A DNA stretch of 64,000 nt from Candidatus Moraniibacteriota bacterium (GCA_026985555.1 JALSQF010000007.1:1099-65098), one strand, 5' to 3'; counted from the stretch's first letter, positions 10,212 to 20,499 are shown. The notes: generated from the letters alone by a model not told the origin. Numbers and translations: made by a program.

Positions 10212-11519
10212 TTATTCTTGTTTGTTTAGTAAAAATAAAGCTATACGATTATAAAAAATGGTTAGAATTAGTTTGCTACTTGCTAAAGATATAAATAACC
10301 ACTCAATGGTAAAGGAGTTATTTATATAGGCAATGAAAATCAAAAAAATAAAAACAAACAAAGCTAAAATTGTTCCTTTGTTTTGGTAATAATATCCAGA
10401 AGAATGTAAACTAGCTAAAATCCATCCGTATAAATTGGCGCTAAAATGAAATAAAAAATAAAAACTTAAGATTATAAGCCAATTCCAATGAAGAGGATAA
10501 TCTTTTCCAAAAAAATAAAAAAGAATGCGCATTAAAAAAATATAACCAATAAAAATAGGAAGAGATAATTTTATTAAAAATTGATTGATTTTATTATAAA
10601 TTTTTTTCTTATTAACCAATTTAGTAATAGATGGGAAAAACACATTAACGAAAAGTTGAATAAGTCTAGCGCTTAATAAAATAGAAATAGTATAATAAGC
10701 CGAATATATTCCTAACTGATATGTTCCTAAAAGAGTGATGATAACAATTTTATCCAAACCTTTAAAAACTAAAGTGCTTAAAGAATTAATTATTCCGTAG
10801 CGAGAATAATTAAAGATTTGACGAATGTTTTTAAGGTAAACTAAAGATAAAGAAAAGTATTTTCTAATATAATGAAAATAAAGGAGAATTAAAATCGTTC
10901 CTCCAATTAAAATAGCAACTAAATAACTTTTATAAGTGGATTGTTTTAATAAAAAAATATTAAAAACTAATATCAATAATACAGAAATTCCTTCAGTTAT
11001 TTTAGATATAGATTGATATTTGAATTTTTTAGATCCCCGAATAATGGCTTCAGCTATTCTTTTATTAGCAATCAATAATCCTAACAATAATGAAGATAAT
11101 AAAATAGTTAAATTAACCCCCTCAATGTTTAAAAGAAAAAAAGAAGATAATATTAAAAGAGAAAATATTGTTAAACAAAGAAAGATAAAAAGAAAATAAA
11201 AAGAAGAAATATATTTTATTCTTTTCTTTTTCTCTGGATACTTAGAAATAAAGTAAGTTATTCCTGTATCAATATCTAAAACTAATAGTATGGAAAGTAT
11301 ATTGCCAATAGCTAAAATAAAATTATATTTCCCATATTCTTCCGGTCCTAACCAACGTCCAGCTAAAATATTAGCTAAAAACAAAAAGGAAAAAGCCAAT
11401 AAACCTCCTCCCATTGACCAAAAACTATTATGTAAAAATTTTTGAACATTTTTTCCTGGTAGTTGTTGAAAAACTATTTGATAAAAATGATTCAATAGAA
11501 TATTTTTTTTATTAAACAT
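10212..11519 (-). CDS. Polysaccharide/oligosaccharide flippase (Wzx/MOP superfamily)
   Basis: 435 aa with about 12-14 TM helices, and the typical location between glycosyltransferases. Confidence 0.55.
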   Translation of the reverse strand: MFNKKNILLNHFYQIVFQQLPGKNVQKFLHNSFWSMGGGLLAFSFLFLANILAGRWLGPEEYGKYNFILAIGNILSILLVLDIDTGITYFISKYPEKKKRIKYISSFYFLFIFLCLTIFSLLILSSFFLLNIEGVNLTILLSSLLLGLLIANKRIAEAIIRGSKKFKYQSISKITEGISVLLILVFNIFLLKQSTYKSYLVAILIGGTILILLYFHYIRKYFSLSLVYLKNIRQIFNYSRYGIINSLSTLVFKGLDKIVIITLLGTYQLGIYSAYYTISILLSARLIQLFVNVFFPSITKLVNKKKIYNKINQFLIKLSLPIFIGYIFLMRILFYFFGKDYPLHWNWLIILSFYFLFHFSANLYGWILASLHSSGYYYQNKGTILALFVFIFLIFIAYINNSFTIEWLFISLASSKLILTIFYNRIALFLLNKQE

Positions 11520-11521
11520 AT

Positions 11522-12793
11522 TTATATTTTTTTGTTTTCGTTTTCTTTAATAACTTCCTTATATATTTGAAAAAGTTTTTTGTAATATAATTCTTCGTTG
11601 TTTATTTTATGCACACGTTGAAAGGCTTTCTTCCCCATTTCCTTTGCTTTCTGAGGATTGGAAATTAATTTTAATATTTTTTCAGCCAAATCTATTTTGT
11701 CTCTAGCTTCAAAAATAAGTCCACTTTTTTCGTTTTCAATCATTTCTGGTGTTCCTCCTAGATTGGATACAATTACTGGTGTGCCAAAGGCCATTGATTC
11801 AGAAATGGCTACAGGAGAGTTGTCGTACCAAATTGAAGGAAGAACAGTAAAACGAGCTTTTTGAAAAATATTTTTCCAATCCCGAGTATTTTTAGCTAAA
11901 AATCCTTTAAATTTTACGACATCGGTTATGTTTAACTTTTGAGCTAATTGGTGAAGTTTTTTTTCGGATGGTCCTTTTCCTACGATTAACAATTTATGAT
12001 TAAATAATTGTTGATTATTTTTTAAAAAAGCAACTGCTTTTAATAAAATATCTAATCCTTTTTCTTCGGATATTCTACCTACGTAAGCAAAATAATTTCT
12101 CTTTTCAAAATCAGCTTCAAATTGAGAAAAATTAAGCACATTGCGTAAAAGACTTATTTTTTTAGAAGGTATTCCCGCTGAAGAAACTATATCTATCATA
12201 AACTGACTAGGAGCTAAAAAGCGATTAACTTTAGTGTAAGTTTTTTTCCATTTATGGAAATAAGCTTCTAACATAGCTACGAAACTTATAGCATAAGAAT
12301 CTTTTAAACATTTATGTATAAATGTATTGTAATATCTTCCTTGCAAGCATTTTTGGCAAATATGTCCTTGTGTAAATAATTTATAATTAGGGCAAACGAT
12401 CTTATAATCAGATAATTTAAATACAATTGGAATATGATATTTTTTTAAAGAATCTATAATAGAAGGCGTAATATAATGATAAATATTGTGAATATGGGCT
12501 ATATCGGGTTTTTCTTTTTGAAGAAGTATTTCTAATTTTTTTTTCGCTTCACGATTATAAATAGAACGTATTCCTAATTTTATTTTCTCTCTAAAATTTT
12601 TAGTTTGATTAATATCAAAATGAGAAATAAAATATTTACTATAAGGAGATTTTTCATTAGTTTTATCCTGCATTGAAAATATAATAACTTGGTGTCCTCT
12701 TTCTTCTAATAGTTTTTTAGTTTCAAAAAAGGCTGAAACTGATCCGCCTCCTCGTTGAAAACTATAATATTTATGAATTTGAAGTATTTTCAT
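11522..12793 (-). CDS. Family 4 (GT-B) glycosyltransferase
   Basis: N-terminal MKILQIHKYY...GGG plus the C-terminal EG-P motif (GLDILLKA...EEKG...SIWYDNSP...ESMAFGTP) are typical of GT4/RfaB-like enzymes. Confidence 0.75.
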   Translation of the reverse strand: MKILQIHKYYSFQRGGGSVSAFFETKKLLEERGHQVIIFSMQDKTNEKSPYSKYFISHFDINQTKNFREKIKLGIRSIYNREAKKKLEILLQKEKPDIAHIHNIYHYITPSIIDSLKKYHIPIVFKLSDYKIVCPNYKLFTQGHICQKCLQGRYYNTFIHKCLKDSYAISFVAMLEAYFHKWKKTYTKVNRFLAPSQFMIDIVSSAGIPSKKISLLRNVLNFSQFEADFEKRNYFAYVGRISEEKGLDILLKAVAFLKNNQQLFNHKLLIVGKGPSEKKLHQLAQKLNITDVVKFKGFLAKNTRDWKNIFQKARFTVLPSIWYDNSPVAISESMAFGTPVIVSNLGGTPEMIENEKSGLIFEARDKIDLAEKILKLISNPQKAKEMGKKAFQRVHKINNEELYYKKLFQIYKEVIKENENKKI

Positions 12794-12883
12794 AAAACAG
12801 CTAGATATTACTAAACTTTCTTGTTATAATAGTAACTACATTATAACATAAGATAGTTTATTTAAATAATAATTAGATAAGTT

Positions 12884-14248
12884 ATGAATAATTTTTTTCA
12901 AAAAACTGTGGGATTAGTATTGATAGTAGGTCTTTTATTTATTTTACTTTTAAGCTTTTTTCTTAATTGGAATATACTTACCACAATCTTTTTTCTGTTA
13001 GTGTGGATTTTCTTGCCAATTATTTTTAGTAATCCACTCTTAGGTTTTTTTATTTTTCTAATCATACGTCCTTCAATAGATACTATTTCTAATCAATATA
13101 ATTTACATTTAAGTGAAAATATTAGCATTAATTTAGCTTCTGCTATGGGAATTTTTGTTATATTTTTTACTTTATTTTATATAATAAAAAATCGTCTTAA
13201 TATTTTAAAAATTCCTTTATTCTGGATAATGATTTTTTTTTGGTTAGTTGTTAATATTAGTATTTTTTATTCTTTAAGTCCTTTAGCTAGCATACATGAA
13301 TCTGTTCGTGTGTTGAGTATTTTCTCTCTTTTTTTTCTAGCTTATTTTTTAGGAAATAATTTTCAAAACAGAAAGAAAATTATAAAAAGTATTTTAATTT
13401 CTGCTTGTATCCCAGTAATTTGGGCCATTATTCAGTTACTTACACACAGTGGATTAGGGGGAACATCTGGAATTGAAAGTCGTCTTTATGGAACGTTTGT
13501 GCATCCCAACTCTTTTGCTTCCTTTTTGATTATTATCTTTGTTTTAACTTTTTATTTTGTATGGAAATATAAGCAAGAATATGATTCAAAAAAAATTTAT
13601 TTTTGGTTGTATCTGGGATTGTTATTTATCATAAGTTTTTTATTGTTAGAAACCTTTAGTAGAGGAGCTTGGTTAGCTATGCTAACATTTTTTTTGTTAT
13701 TCGGAACTATTCGTTCTCCTAAAATTATTGTATTTTTAGGAGGTTTTTTAATTTTTTTATTCTTCACTATGCCTACTTTTCACGATAGAATAGAGGATAT
13801 TTATAATCCACCAGCAGATAGTTCTATTGTGTGGCGTTTTCAAAAATGGCAACGAGTTTTTAGCGTAATTAAAAAACATCCTTGGATAGGAGTAGGAGCA
13901 GGAACAGAAGTTCTTGTTCACGAAAAAGAATATGGATATTATGCGGGAAATCCTTATACACACAATGATTTTCTGAAAATATGGTTGGAAAATGGAATGC
14001 TAGGTTTGATTGCCTATTTAGCTTTAATATTTAGTGTCATTGTTCAACTTATAAAAAAATATTATCAAAGCAAAAGTGATAATGATAAATTTTTATTTTT
14101 AATAGCCATACTTTTATTTTTAGCGGAACTAGTTTTTTCTATGAGTAGTAATATTTGGCGAGGTACAGCTACTATGTGGATATTGTGGGCTTTTTTAGGG
14201 ACAATATTAAGTATTTCTGTTTCATCTAAAAAAAAGATAATTTATTAA
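12884..14248 (+). CDS. O-antigen ligase (Wzy_C)-family membrane protein, paralog of 4968-6317
   Basis: Polytopic. It has the FSRGAWLAMLTFFLL loop motif and the C-terminal HNDFLKIWLENGMLGL stretch typical of the Wzy_C family. Confidence 0.55.
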   Translation: MNNFFQKTVGLVLIVGLLFILLLSFFLNWNILTTIFFLLVWIFLPIIFSNPLLGFFIFLIIRPSIDTISNQYNLHLSENISINLASAMGIFVIFFTLFYIIKNRLNILKIPLFWIMIFFWLVVNISIFYSLSPLASIHESVRVLSIFSLFFLAYFLGNNFQNRKKIIKSILISACIPVIWAIIQLLTHSGLGGTSGIESRLYGTFVHPNSFASFLIIIFVLTFYFVWKYKQEYDSKKIYFWLYLGLLFIISFLLLETFSRGAWLAMLTFFLLFGTIRSPKIIVFLGGFLIFLFFTMPTFHDRIEDIYNPPADSSIVWRFQKWQRVFSVIKKHPWIGVGAGTEVLVHEKEYGYYAGNPYTHNDFLKIWLENGMLGLIAYLALIFSVIVQLIKKYYQSKSDNDKFLFLIAILLFLAELVFSMSSNIWRGTATMWILWAFLGTILSISVSSKKKIIY

Positions 14249-14325
14249 TTTTTTTAGATATTGATTTTAAAAATATGTTATAATAAAAAAACTGTTATAT
14301 AGAAACAAAAATTAAAAAATAAAAT

Positions 14326-15069
14326 ATGTTTTTAGCCAAAGAAAGAAACCAAAAGAAAAGGAAGAGAACAAAAAGAAAAAAAACAATTAAAAGAAAACAA
14401 AACAAAAAAAGAAGTACTCTTTTCTTTTTAACTTTTTTTTCAAAAAAGAAAAAGACTAAGAAAAAGAAAAAAACAAAGAGAAAAAGAACAACAAAATCAA
14501 AAAATTTTTTATGGGTTAAATTAATTAAAATAAACTATGAAAGAATTACTCAAAAAATAGCTTTAATTGCTTTATTGTCATTGTTTTTTTTGATTATTTT
14601 TATAAATTATCAAACCATAGCTATTTCCTTGACCATAGAAACCAATGAGCACATAACGAAAATGATAAAAATTAATCAAAAAATTAAACAGCAAGAAGTT
14701 TGTTTGGAAAACGATTTAGATCTTTTAAAAGAGCATACTTTAACACTTAATGAAAGAAAAAAAATAATGCAAGATTTACGCGCTATGAACGAAATAAGCG
14801 CTGAAGTTTATCATGAAGTTTTTTCTTTTGAAAATGATTTAAGTGTTAATTTATGGATTCAAAAAAATAACTTTAATTCTATAATCAAAGCTTATAATAA
14901 TGCTAGAGTTTTAAAAATAGACGCTGATAATCTTACTCAAGATTTAAGATATTTGGTTTTCCTTGGTCATGTTAATTCTTTTCAATTAAAACTTACCGAA
15001 AAAGATTTAATTTTATTAAAGGAAAAATCTTCTTTAGTGGAAGAAAATTTATTTTTTCTTAAAAAATAA
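14326..15069 (+). CDS. Hypothetical single-pass membrane protein with a polylysine N-terminus (start uncertain)
   Basis: The ORF begins in a 190-bp polypurine tract giving KKRKRTKRKK..., then one TM helix (IALIALLSLFFLIIFI) and a coiled-coil-like C-terminus. There is no in-frame ATG between the basic tract and the TM. Confidence 0.35.
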   Translation: MFLAKERNQKKRKRTKRKKTIKRKQNKKRSTLFFLTFFSKKKKTKKKKKTKRKRTTKSKNFLWVKLIKINYERITQKIALIALLSLFFLIIFINYQTIAISLTIETNEHITKMIKINQKIKQQEVCLENDLDLLKEHTLTLNERKKIMQDLRAMNEISAEVYHEVFSFENDLSVNLWIQKNNFNSIIKAYNNARVLKIDADNLTQDLRYLVFLGHVNSFQLKLTEKDLILLKEKSSLVEENLFFLKK

Positions 15070-15110
15070 AATTTATTTTTTGTTAATTGTAAAATGTTTA
15101 ATTTAAATTT

Positions 15111-17138
15111 ATGAAATTATTCAAAAAATATTATTACTGGCTAATCATAGTAGTATCTTTTGTGTTTTTGTTTATTTCTATTTTTAATGCTCAAAATGAT
15201 GCCTTAACTTTTGATGAAGTAGCGCATATTCCGGCAGGATATTCTTATTTAACTTTGCATGATATGCGTCTTAATCCAGAACATCCTCCTCTTATTAAAG
15301 ATTTAGCGGCTTTTTCGTTATTATTTCAAAAATTAAGGTTTAATATAGAAAAAGATTTCTGGAAAAAAGATATTAATGGACAATGGGAGGCGGGACATGA
15401 TTTATTATGGCAAGAAAATAATGATCCAGATAAAATTGCTTTTTGGTCCCGGTTGCCCATCATAATAATTTCTTTATTATTAGGTTTATTTATTTTTAAA
15501 TGGACAAAAGAATTAGCAGGTGTTTATGCGGGATTGCTAGCTTTTTTACTTTATTCTTTTGATCCTAATATTTTAGGACATAATCATTTTGTTACAACTG
15601 ATATTGGTATTGCAGCTTTTTTAACTTTTTCTTTTTATTATTTTGTTAAATTTATAGTTAATCCTAATTGGAAGAATACATTTTGGGGTGGTATTTTTTT
15701 AGGGTTAGCCCATGTAGCAAAATTTTCATCTATTACTCTTATTCCTTTATATGGATTAATTTTATTTTCCTATCCCTTACTTAAAGCAGAAAAGGAAGAG
15801 AAAAAGTTGTCTTTTAAAAATATTGTTAAAAAACGATTATTAAAATTAAGTCAGTATTTATTAAAAGGATCAGTAGCTTTTCTGTTATCTTTTTTGATTA
15901 TTTGGCTAGTTTATTTACCTAGTGTTTGGTCAGCTTCTCCTCAATTTTTAGAAAAAACCATACAGCATTATATTCCACGGAATACTTTTGTTAATAATTG
16001 GTTGATTTTTTTGAATCATTATTGGACAACACGTCCTTTTAGTGAATATGGGTTGGGGTTAGCTATGGTTTTTCAGAGAGTAGCAGGTGGAAATGGGGCT
16101 TATTATTTCGGACAAGTTTCTAGCCAAGCGTTTCCTTCTTATTTTCCGGTGGTTTTTCTAATGAAGGAAACTTTAGCTTTTTTATCTTTTCTGTTTATTA
16201 CTTTTTTAGCAGGGCTATACTTTTTACCTAAAATTTGCAAAAGCATTTTAAATTGGTTGAAACCAAGCACCGCTAAAATCAAAGAAAATTCTAATCAAAC
16301 AGATTTTGTTTTAGTTAGTTTAATTCTTCTCTGGGGATATTTCTTGTTATATAGTTATATTAGTATAACAGGAAATCTGAATATTGGTTTACGTCATCTT
16401 TTTCCCGTTTTTCCTCCTTTAATTATTTTAGTTGCTGTTACCATAATTAAATTGGAAAAAATATTTTTTCATCGTTATCGTGTGGTATATCAAACTAGTA
16501 TAGTTATTCTATTAGCTCTATTAATTTTAGAAACTCTTAGCGCTTATCCTTATTACTTATCTTTCTTTAATAAGGCTGTGGGTGGACCTAAAAATGGTTA
16601 TCACTATGTAACTGATTCTAATGCTGATTGGGGACAAGATTTAAAAAGATTGAAAAAGTGGTTAGATCAACATCCAGAAATTAAAAAAATTAAAGTTGAT
16701 TATTTTGGTGGAGGTAATCCTCAATATTATTTAGGTAATAGATTTGAACCTTGGTGGGATAGCAAGCGACCTATAGAATCTGGATATTATGCTATCTCTA
16801 CTAATTTTCTAATGGGAAGTCTTTATGATAAAGAAAAAAAGGATAATCAAAGTTATCGTTGGATTTTGAAAAATAATCTCCATCCTATTTATCAAATAGG
16901 AACGTCTATTCTTGTTTATTATATTTCACCTCAAGAAGAAAAAACAATTCAGCTATCTCATAAAATAAGAAAGTGTCCAGAAGAATGGATAATTAATGCA
17001 ATGCCAACAATCCAATCAAAAGAAAATCAAAAAAACAAAGAGTATTTTATTTATAAAGGAAAAAGCTATAAAAAAGAAGAATTTGATTTAGATTGGGTTA
17101 AAAATAATTGTGAAGTTAAAAAAATAATTGCTTATTAA
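15111..17138 (+). CDS. GT-C-fold glycosyltransferase (family 39 / ArnT-PMT-like)
   Basis: 675 aa with about 12 TM helices. The N-terminal LTFDEVAHIPAGYSY carries the DE catalytic motif of PMT/ArnT-type transferases, and there is a C-terminal soluble domain. Confidence 0.6.
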   Translation: MKLFKKYYYWLIIVVSFVFLFISIFNAQNDALTFDEVAHIPAGYSYLTLHDMRLNPEHPPLIKDLAAFSLLFQKLRFNIEKDFWKKDINGQWEAGHDLLWQENNDPDKIAFWSRLPIIIISLLLGLFIFKWTKELAGVYAGLLAFLLYSFDPNILGHNHFVTTDIGIAAFLTFSFYYFVKFIVNPNWKNTFWGGIFLGLAHVAKFSSITLIPLYGLILFSYPLLKAEKEEKKLSFKNIVKKRLLKLSQYLLKGSVAFLLSFLIIWLVYLPSVWSASPQFLEKTIQHYIPRNTFVNNWLIFLNHYWTTRPFSEYGLGLAMVFQRVAGGNGAYYFGQVSSQAFPSYFPVVFLMKETLAFLSFLFITFLAGLYFLPKICKSILNWLKPSTAKIKENSNQTDFVLVSLILLWGYFLLYSYISITGNLNIGLRHLFPVFPPLIILVAVTIIKLEKIFFHRYRVVYQTSIVILLALLILETLSAYPYYLSFFNKAVGGPKNGYHYVTDSNADWGQDLKRLKKWLDQHPEIKKIKVDYFGGGNPQYYLGNRFEPWWDSKRPIESGYYAISTNFLMGSLYDKEKKDNQSYRWILKNNLHPIYQIGTSILVYYISPQEEKTIQLSHKIRKCPEEWIINAMPTIQSKENQKNKEYFIYKGKSYKKEEFDLDWVKNNCEVKKIIAY

Positions 17139-17141
17139 TTT

Positions 17142-18260
17142 TTAATTTAACAAAAAATCTAATGTTTCTTGGGCGCACTTTTCCCAAGAAAAATTTTTAA
17201 TCCAATTTTTTCCTTCGGCTATCATTTTTTCTTGTAGTATCTTATTGTAAAGCACATTTTCAATCAATTTAGCTAATTCATTTATGTTTTTTTCTGAAAA
17301 ATATTGAACAGCTTTTCCTCCTACTTCTGTTAAACTAGAATTGCGCGCTGCAAGCGTAGGTGTATTGCTAGCTAAAGCTTCTAAAATGGGGATACCAAAT
17401 CCTTCATAAAAAGAAGGAAAAACAAAGAGAGAGGCGTTTTGATACAAGGTAGTTATCTCTTGAAAATTTATTTTTCCAGTTAAAATAATGTCTTGAGAAA
17501 AAGGACTATTTTGAATAGTTTGAATAGTTTTTTTCCATTGCCAAGCTTTTTCTCCTGCTAAAACTAATTTAAAAGAGGACAAATTGTTTTTTTTAAAAAT
17601 TTCAAAGGCTTGAATAAGAGTTATTAAATTTTTTCTGGGTTGAATAGCTCCTACATATAAAATAAATTGTGATTTGTGGAGATTGAATTTTTTTAGAATT
17701 TTATTTGTTACATCCTTTTTGGGTTGTTTGAAAAACAAAGATTTATCAAAACCATGATAAATAACTTTAATCTTTTCTTCTTTAATATGAGGATAAAAAT
17801 TTAAAATATCTTGTTTGGTAGAATGTGAAACAGCAATGATTTTAGTTGATTTCTTGATAGCTAGATCAGTTAATATATTAAGTTTAGAAAGATTTTTAAA
17901 AGTAAAATATTGAGGAAATTTTTTAAAAGCAAGATCATGAATAGTAACTATTGTTTTAAGTCGTTTTTTTCTAAGCAAAGGAATATTATGCATTGGCATC
18001 CAAAGAATATCAACATTCTCTTTCCAGATATTCCAAGAAAAACTAGTTTGAGTCCATAAAAGGGGAAAATTAATTTTTTTAAAATAATAATTAGAAAAAT
18101 TAGGAGGGGTAAGTTGAGAATTAAATTTATTTTTATGATAAATTAAAAAATCGTTTTGAGGAGAAAGTTTACCAAAATATTTTAAAAGATTATAAAGATA
18201 AACTCTTGTTCCATCAATACGATTGTTATCTAAATCAGCTGCTTGGATTGCAATTTTCAT
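17142..18260 (-). CDS. Family 4 (GT-B) glycosyltransferase
   Basis: MKIAIQAADL N-terminus and the GT4 C-terminal block (FVFPSFYEGFGIPILEALASNTP). Confidence 0.75.
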   Translation of the reverse strand: MKIAIQAADLDNNRIDGTRVYLYNLLKYFGKLSPQNDFLIYHKNKFNSQLTPPNFSNYYFKKINFPLLWTQTSFSWNIWKENVDILWMPMHNIPLLRKKRLKTIVTIHDLAFKKFPQYFTFKNLSKLNILTDLAIKKSTKIIAVSHSTKQDILNFYPHIKEEKIKVIYHGFDKSLFFKQPKKDVTNKILKKFNLHKSQFILYVGAIQPRKNLITLIQAFEIFKKNNLSSFKLVLAGEKAWQWKKTIQTIQNSPFSQDIILTGKINFQEITTLYQNASLFVFPSFYEGFGIPILEALASNTPTLAARNSSLTEVGGKAVQYFSEKNINELAKLIENVLYNKILQEKMIAEGKNWIKNFSWEKCAQETLDFLLN

Positions 18261-18328
18261 TTATCTTTAAATTAGTTAGAAATAATGATATAATTATAAT
18301 ATAAAAACAGGAAATAAAAAATAAATAT

Positions 18329-19789
18329 ATGAGATTTAAAAAACTTATTTATTTAGCAATAATTAGTTTTATTATTTTTCCAGTAGCAACTTTTGCTTCA
18401 GTAGGCAACAATGCTAAAATAAGATTTCTTCATCATTCTACTGGAGGAAATCTTTATTCCCAAGGCAATGTAGCTAGTTGGTTTACCAACTATAATGCTA
18501 ATCATGGTACAAATTATACTATTTCAGAAATAAATTATCCTACTAACGGTTATCCTTGGAACAATTATCCTTATGATTGGTGGAATTTATGGGTAACGGA
18601 AAATCCAGACGGAACACCAAGAACTCCCGCTTGTCAAAACGGAAATGCTAATATGGAATGTTTAAATAACTTAACTTCTCAATATGATGTAATTATCTTT
18701 AAACATTGTTTTCCTGGAGCTCATATTCAGCCAGATACCGGCAATCCAGACGTAACCTCTGATGTGAAAACATTAGAAAATTATAAAGCGCAGTATAGAG
18801 CTATTAGAAAAGAACTAGATAAATATCCCAATAATTTATTTATAGTTTGGACGTTAGTTCCTTTACATAGATTAGCTACAGATACTGAAGAAGCAAGTAG
18901 AGCTAAACAATTTGTAGATTGGGTGAAAAATAATTGGTTAACGGAAGACGGACAATCTCATCCCAATATAAAAATATTTGATTTTTGGAGCCAGGTAGCA
19001 GAAACAAATCCTAATCCACCTCAAGGAGAAGTAAATACTTTAAAATTTAATTATGAAAGAAGTCATACAGCTAATGATTCTCATCCTAATACTTTAGCCA
19101 ATCAAACCGTTGGACCAATTTTTGCTCAAAGTATAGTTGATGATATAAATGAATTTCAGAATCAAGATAGTAATGATGAAAATAATAATGGAAATACTAG
19201 TAATTCTAATAATCAAGGAGGAAGAGTTAATATTAAAAAATTAGAAATTAAATTTAATTCTAAGAAAAAAGCAAAAAAACTTTCAAAAAGAAAAAAAATT
19301 TACTCTAAAAAAAATAAAATTAAATTTAAAGGAATAGTGGAAGGACTATATCAAGGAAAAATAGAAATTTATATTGATAAGAAATTGAAAAAAATAATTG
19401 AATTAAAAGAGAAAGAAAGATGGGGTAAAAAAATAAAATTCAAAAAAAACGGGACACATTGGATAAGGTTTAAATATATAAATAATCAAGGGAAAGTTGT
19501 TAAAAAGTCTAGAAAATATAAAATTAAAATTGATGCTCAAAAACCAAAATTTAAAAAGATGCCATCATTTTTAATGAAACGTAAAGGAGATAGGGTTTGG
19601 TGGAAAGCTACCGATAATGATAAGATAAAATATTATAAATATTATTTTTGTGGCAAGAAAAAAATAACCAAAAAGGGTTCTTTTATTATTCCAGCTAATA
19701 TTTCCAGAGGATTACATCGGCTCAAGATTAAAGCTTATGATAAAGCGGGAAACAAAACTACTAAATATGTTGTTATTTTTGTAAGATAA
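18329..19789 (+). CDS. Secreted protein with an SGNH-hydrolase-like N-domain and a lysine-rich C-terminal tail
   Basis: Signal peptide (FIIFPVATFASVG). A block-V-like D-x-HPN appears twice (DGQSHPN, NDSHPNTLAN). The last 180 aa are about 35% Lys. The function call is weak. Confidence 0.35.
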   Translation: MRFKKLIYLAIISFIIFPVATFASVGNNAKIRFLHHSTGGNLYSQGNVASWFTNYNANHGTNYTISEINYPTNGYPWNNYPYDWWNLWVTENPDGTPRTPACQNGNANMECLNNLTSQYDVIIFKHCFPGAHIQPDTGNPDVTSDVKTLENYKAQYRAIRKELDKYPNNLFIVWTLVPLHRLATDTEEASRAKQFVDWVKNNWLTEDGQSHPNIKIFDFWSQVAETNPNPPQGEVNTLKFNYERSHTANDSHPNTLANQTVGPIFAQSIVDDINEFQNQDSNDENNNGNTSNSNNQGGRVNIKKLEIKFNSKKKAKKLSKRKKIYSKKNKIKFKGIVEGLYQGKIEIYIDKKLKKIIELKEKERWGKKIKFKKNGTHWIRFKYINNQGKVVKKSRKYKIKIDAQKPKFKKMPSFLMKRKGDRVWWKATDNDKIKYYKYYFCGKKKITKKGSFIIPANISRGLHRLKIKAYDKAGNKTTKYVVIFVR

Positions 19790-19812
19790 AATTTTTTTAA
19801 CCCTGTTTTTAA

Positions 19813-19852
19813 CTTTCTGGCTATTTAAATATCCATTTAAATAGCCAGAAAG
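19813..19852. repeat. Perfect 40-bp palindrome CTTTCTGGCTATTTAAAT-ATCC-ATTTAAATAGCCAGAAAG followed by a T-run; copy 1 of a three-member repeat family, also a likely intrinsic terminator
   Basis: 18-bp arms with a 4-nt loop, read directly from the sequence. TTTTTT follows at 19853-19858. It lies in the intergenic gap after the 18329-19789 gene. Confidence 0.8.
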
Positions 19853-19947
19853 TTTTTTAAAAATGAACACTTTACATACAACTTGACTATTGTTATAATT
19901 ATTAAATAATTAGTTATTTAATAAAAAAATAAACAAAGGAGGAAATT

Positions 19948-20487
19948 ATGCATAATTTTTTTTCTTTTTTATTGCAAAGTAATTGTGTTTTGAGTGTATG
20001 TATAATAAGTGTTATAACGGTTGTAATAGCTGGTTTATTTTTATGGTTGGAGCAAAAAAATAGAAATGAGATAATAGCTTTGTTTCATATTAGAGCTAGA
20101 TCTAATATTCTCAAAAATTATTTATCAAGGAAAAATAAATTATCAGAAGGTGAAATAACTATTCTTATGAATAGATGTGTTCAAATAAAATATTGGCTGG
20201 AACAGTTATCAGGAGAGTTTTATTTGACAAGAGCAGGCTTCTTAAAAAAGACAGATAAAACGAAACATAGGTTACCTCAAGCGAGTATGGTAAATTGCTC
20301 TGTGATTGTAGATGATTTAATTTGGGAGGAACACCAAGGAGTTTTTATTTTAGAATTAAATCTAGTGAATAAATCTAAAAAAACCGATATAGTTGTTTGG
20401 AAAAAACAAGGAAAAATAAAACTCCAACTAAAATTATTCTACAATATGAAAAAATTTCCTATTTTTGCGGATATGTTTTTTTCTTAA
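19948..20487 (+). CDS. Hypothetical membrane-anchored protein
   Basis: Strong AAGGAGG Shine-Dalgarno 6 nt upstream, an N-terminal TM helix, and no recognisable domain. It is followed by a strong terminator. Confidence 0.4.
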   Translation: MHNFFSFLLQSNCVLSVCIISVITVVIAGLFLWLEQKNRNEIIALFHIRARSNILKNYLSRKNKLSEGEITILMNRCVQIKYWLEQLSGEFYLTRAGFLKKTDKTKHRLPQASMVNCSVIVDDLIWEEHQGVFILELNLVNKSKKTDIVVWKKQGKIKLQLKLFYNMKKFPIFADMFFS

Positions 20488-20499
20488 ATTTTTAAAATA

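Noticed and set aside
11658-11864. 68-aa plus-strand ORF inside the GT4 glycosyltransferase gene
   Set aside because: Lies entirely antisense to a well-supported CDS and has no RBS or motif. It is a shadow ORF.
13757-13963. 68-aa minus-strand ORF inside the O-antigen-ligase-like gene
   Set aside because: Antisense shadow ORF within a confident polytopic membrane protein gene.
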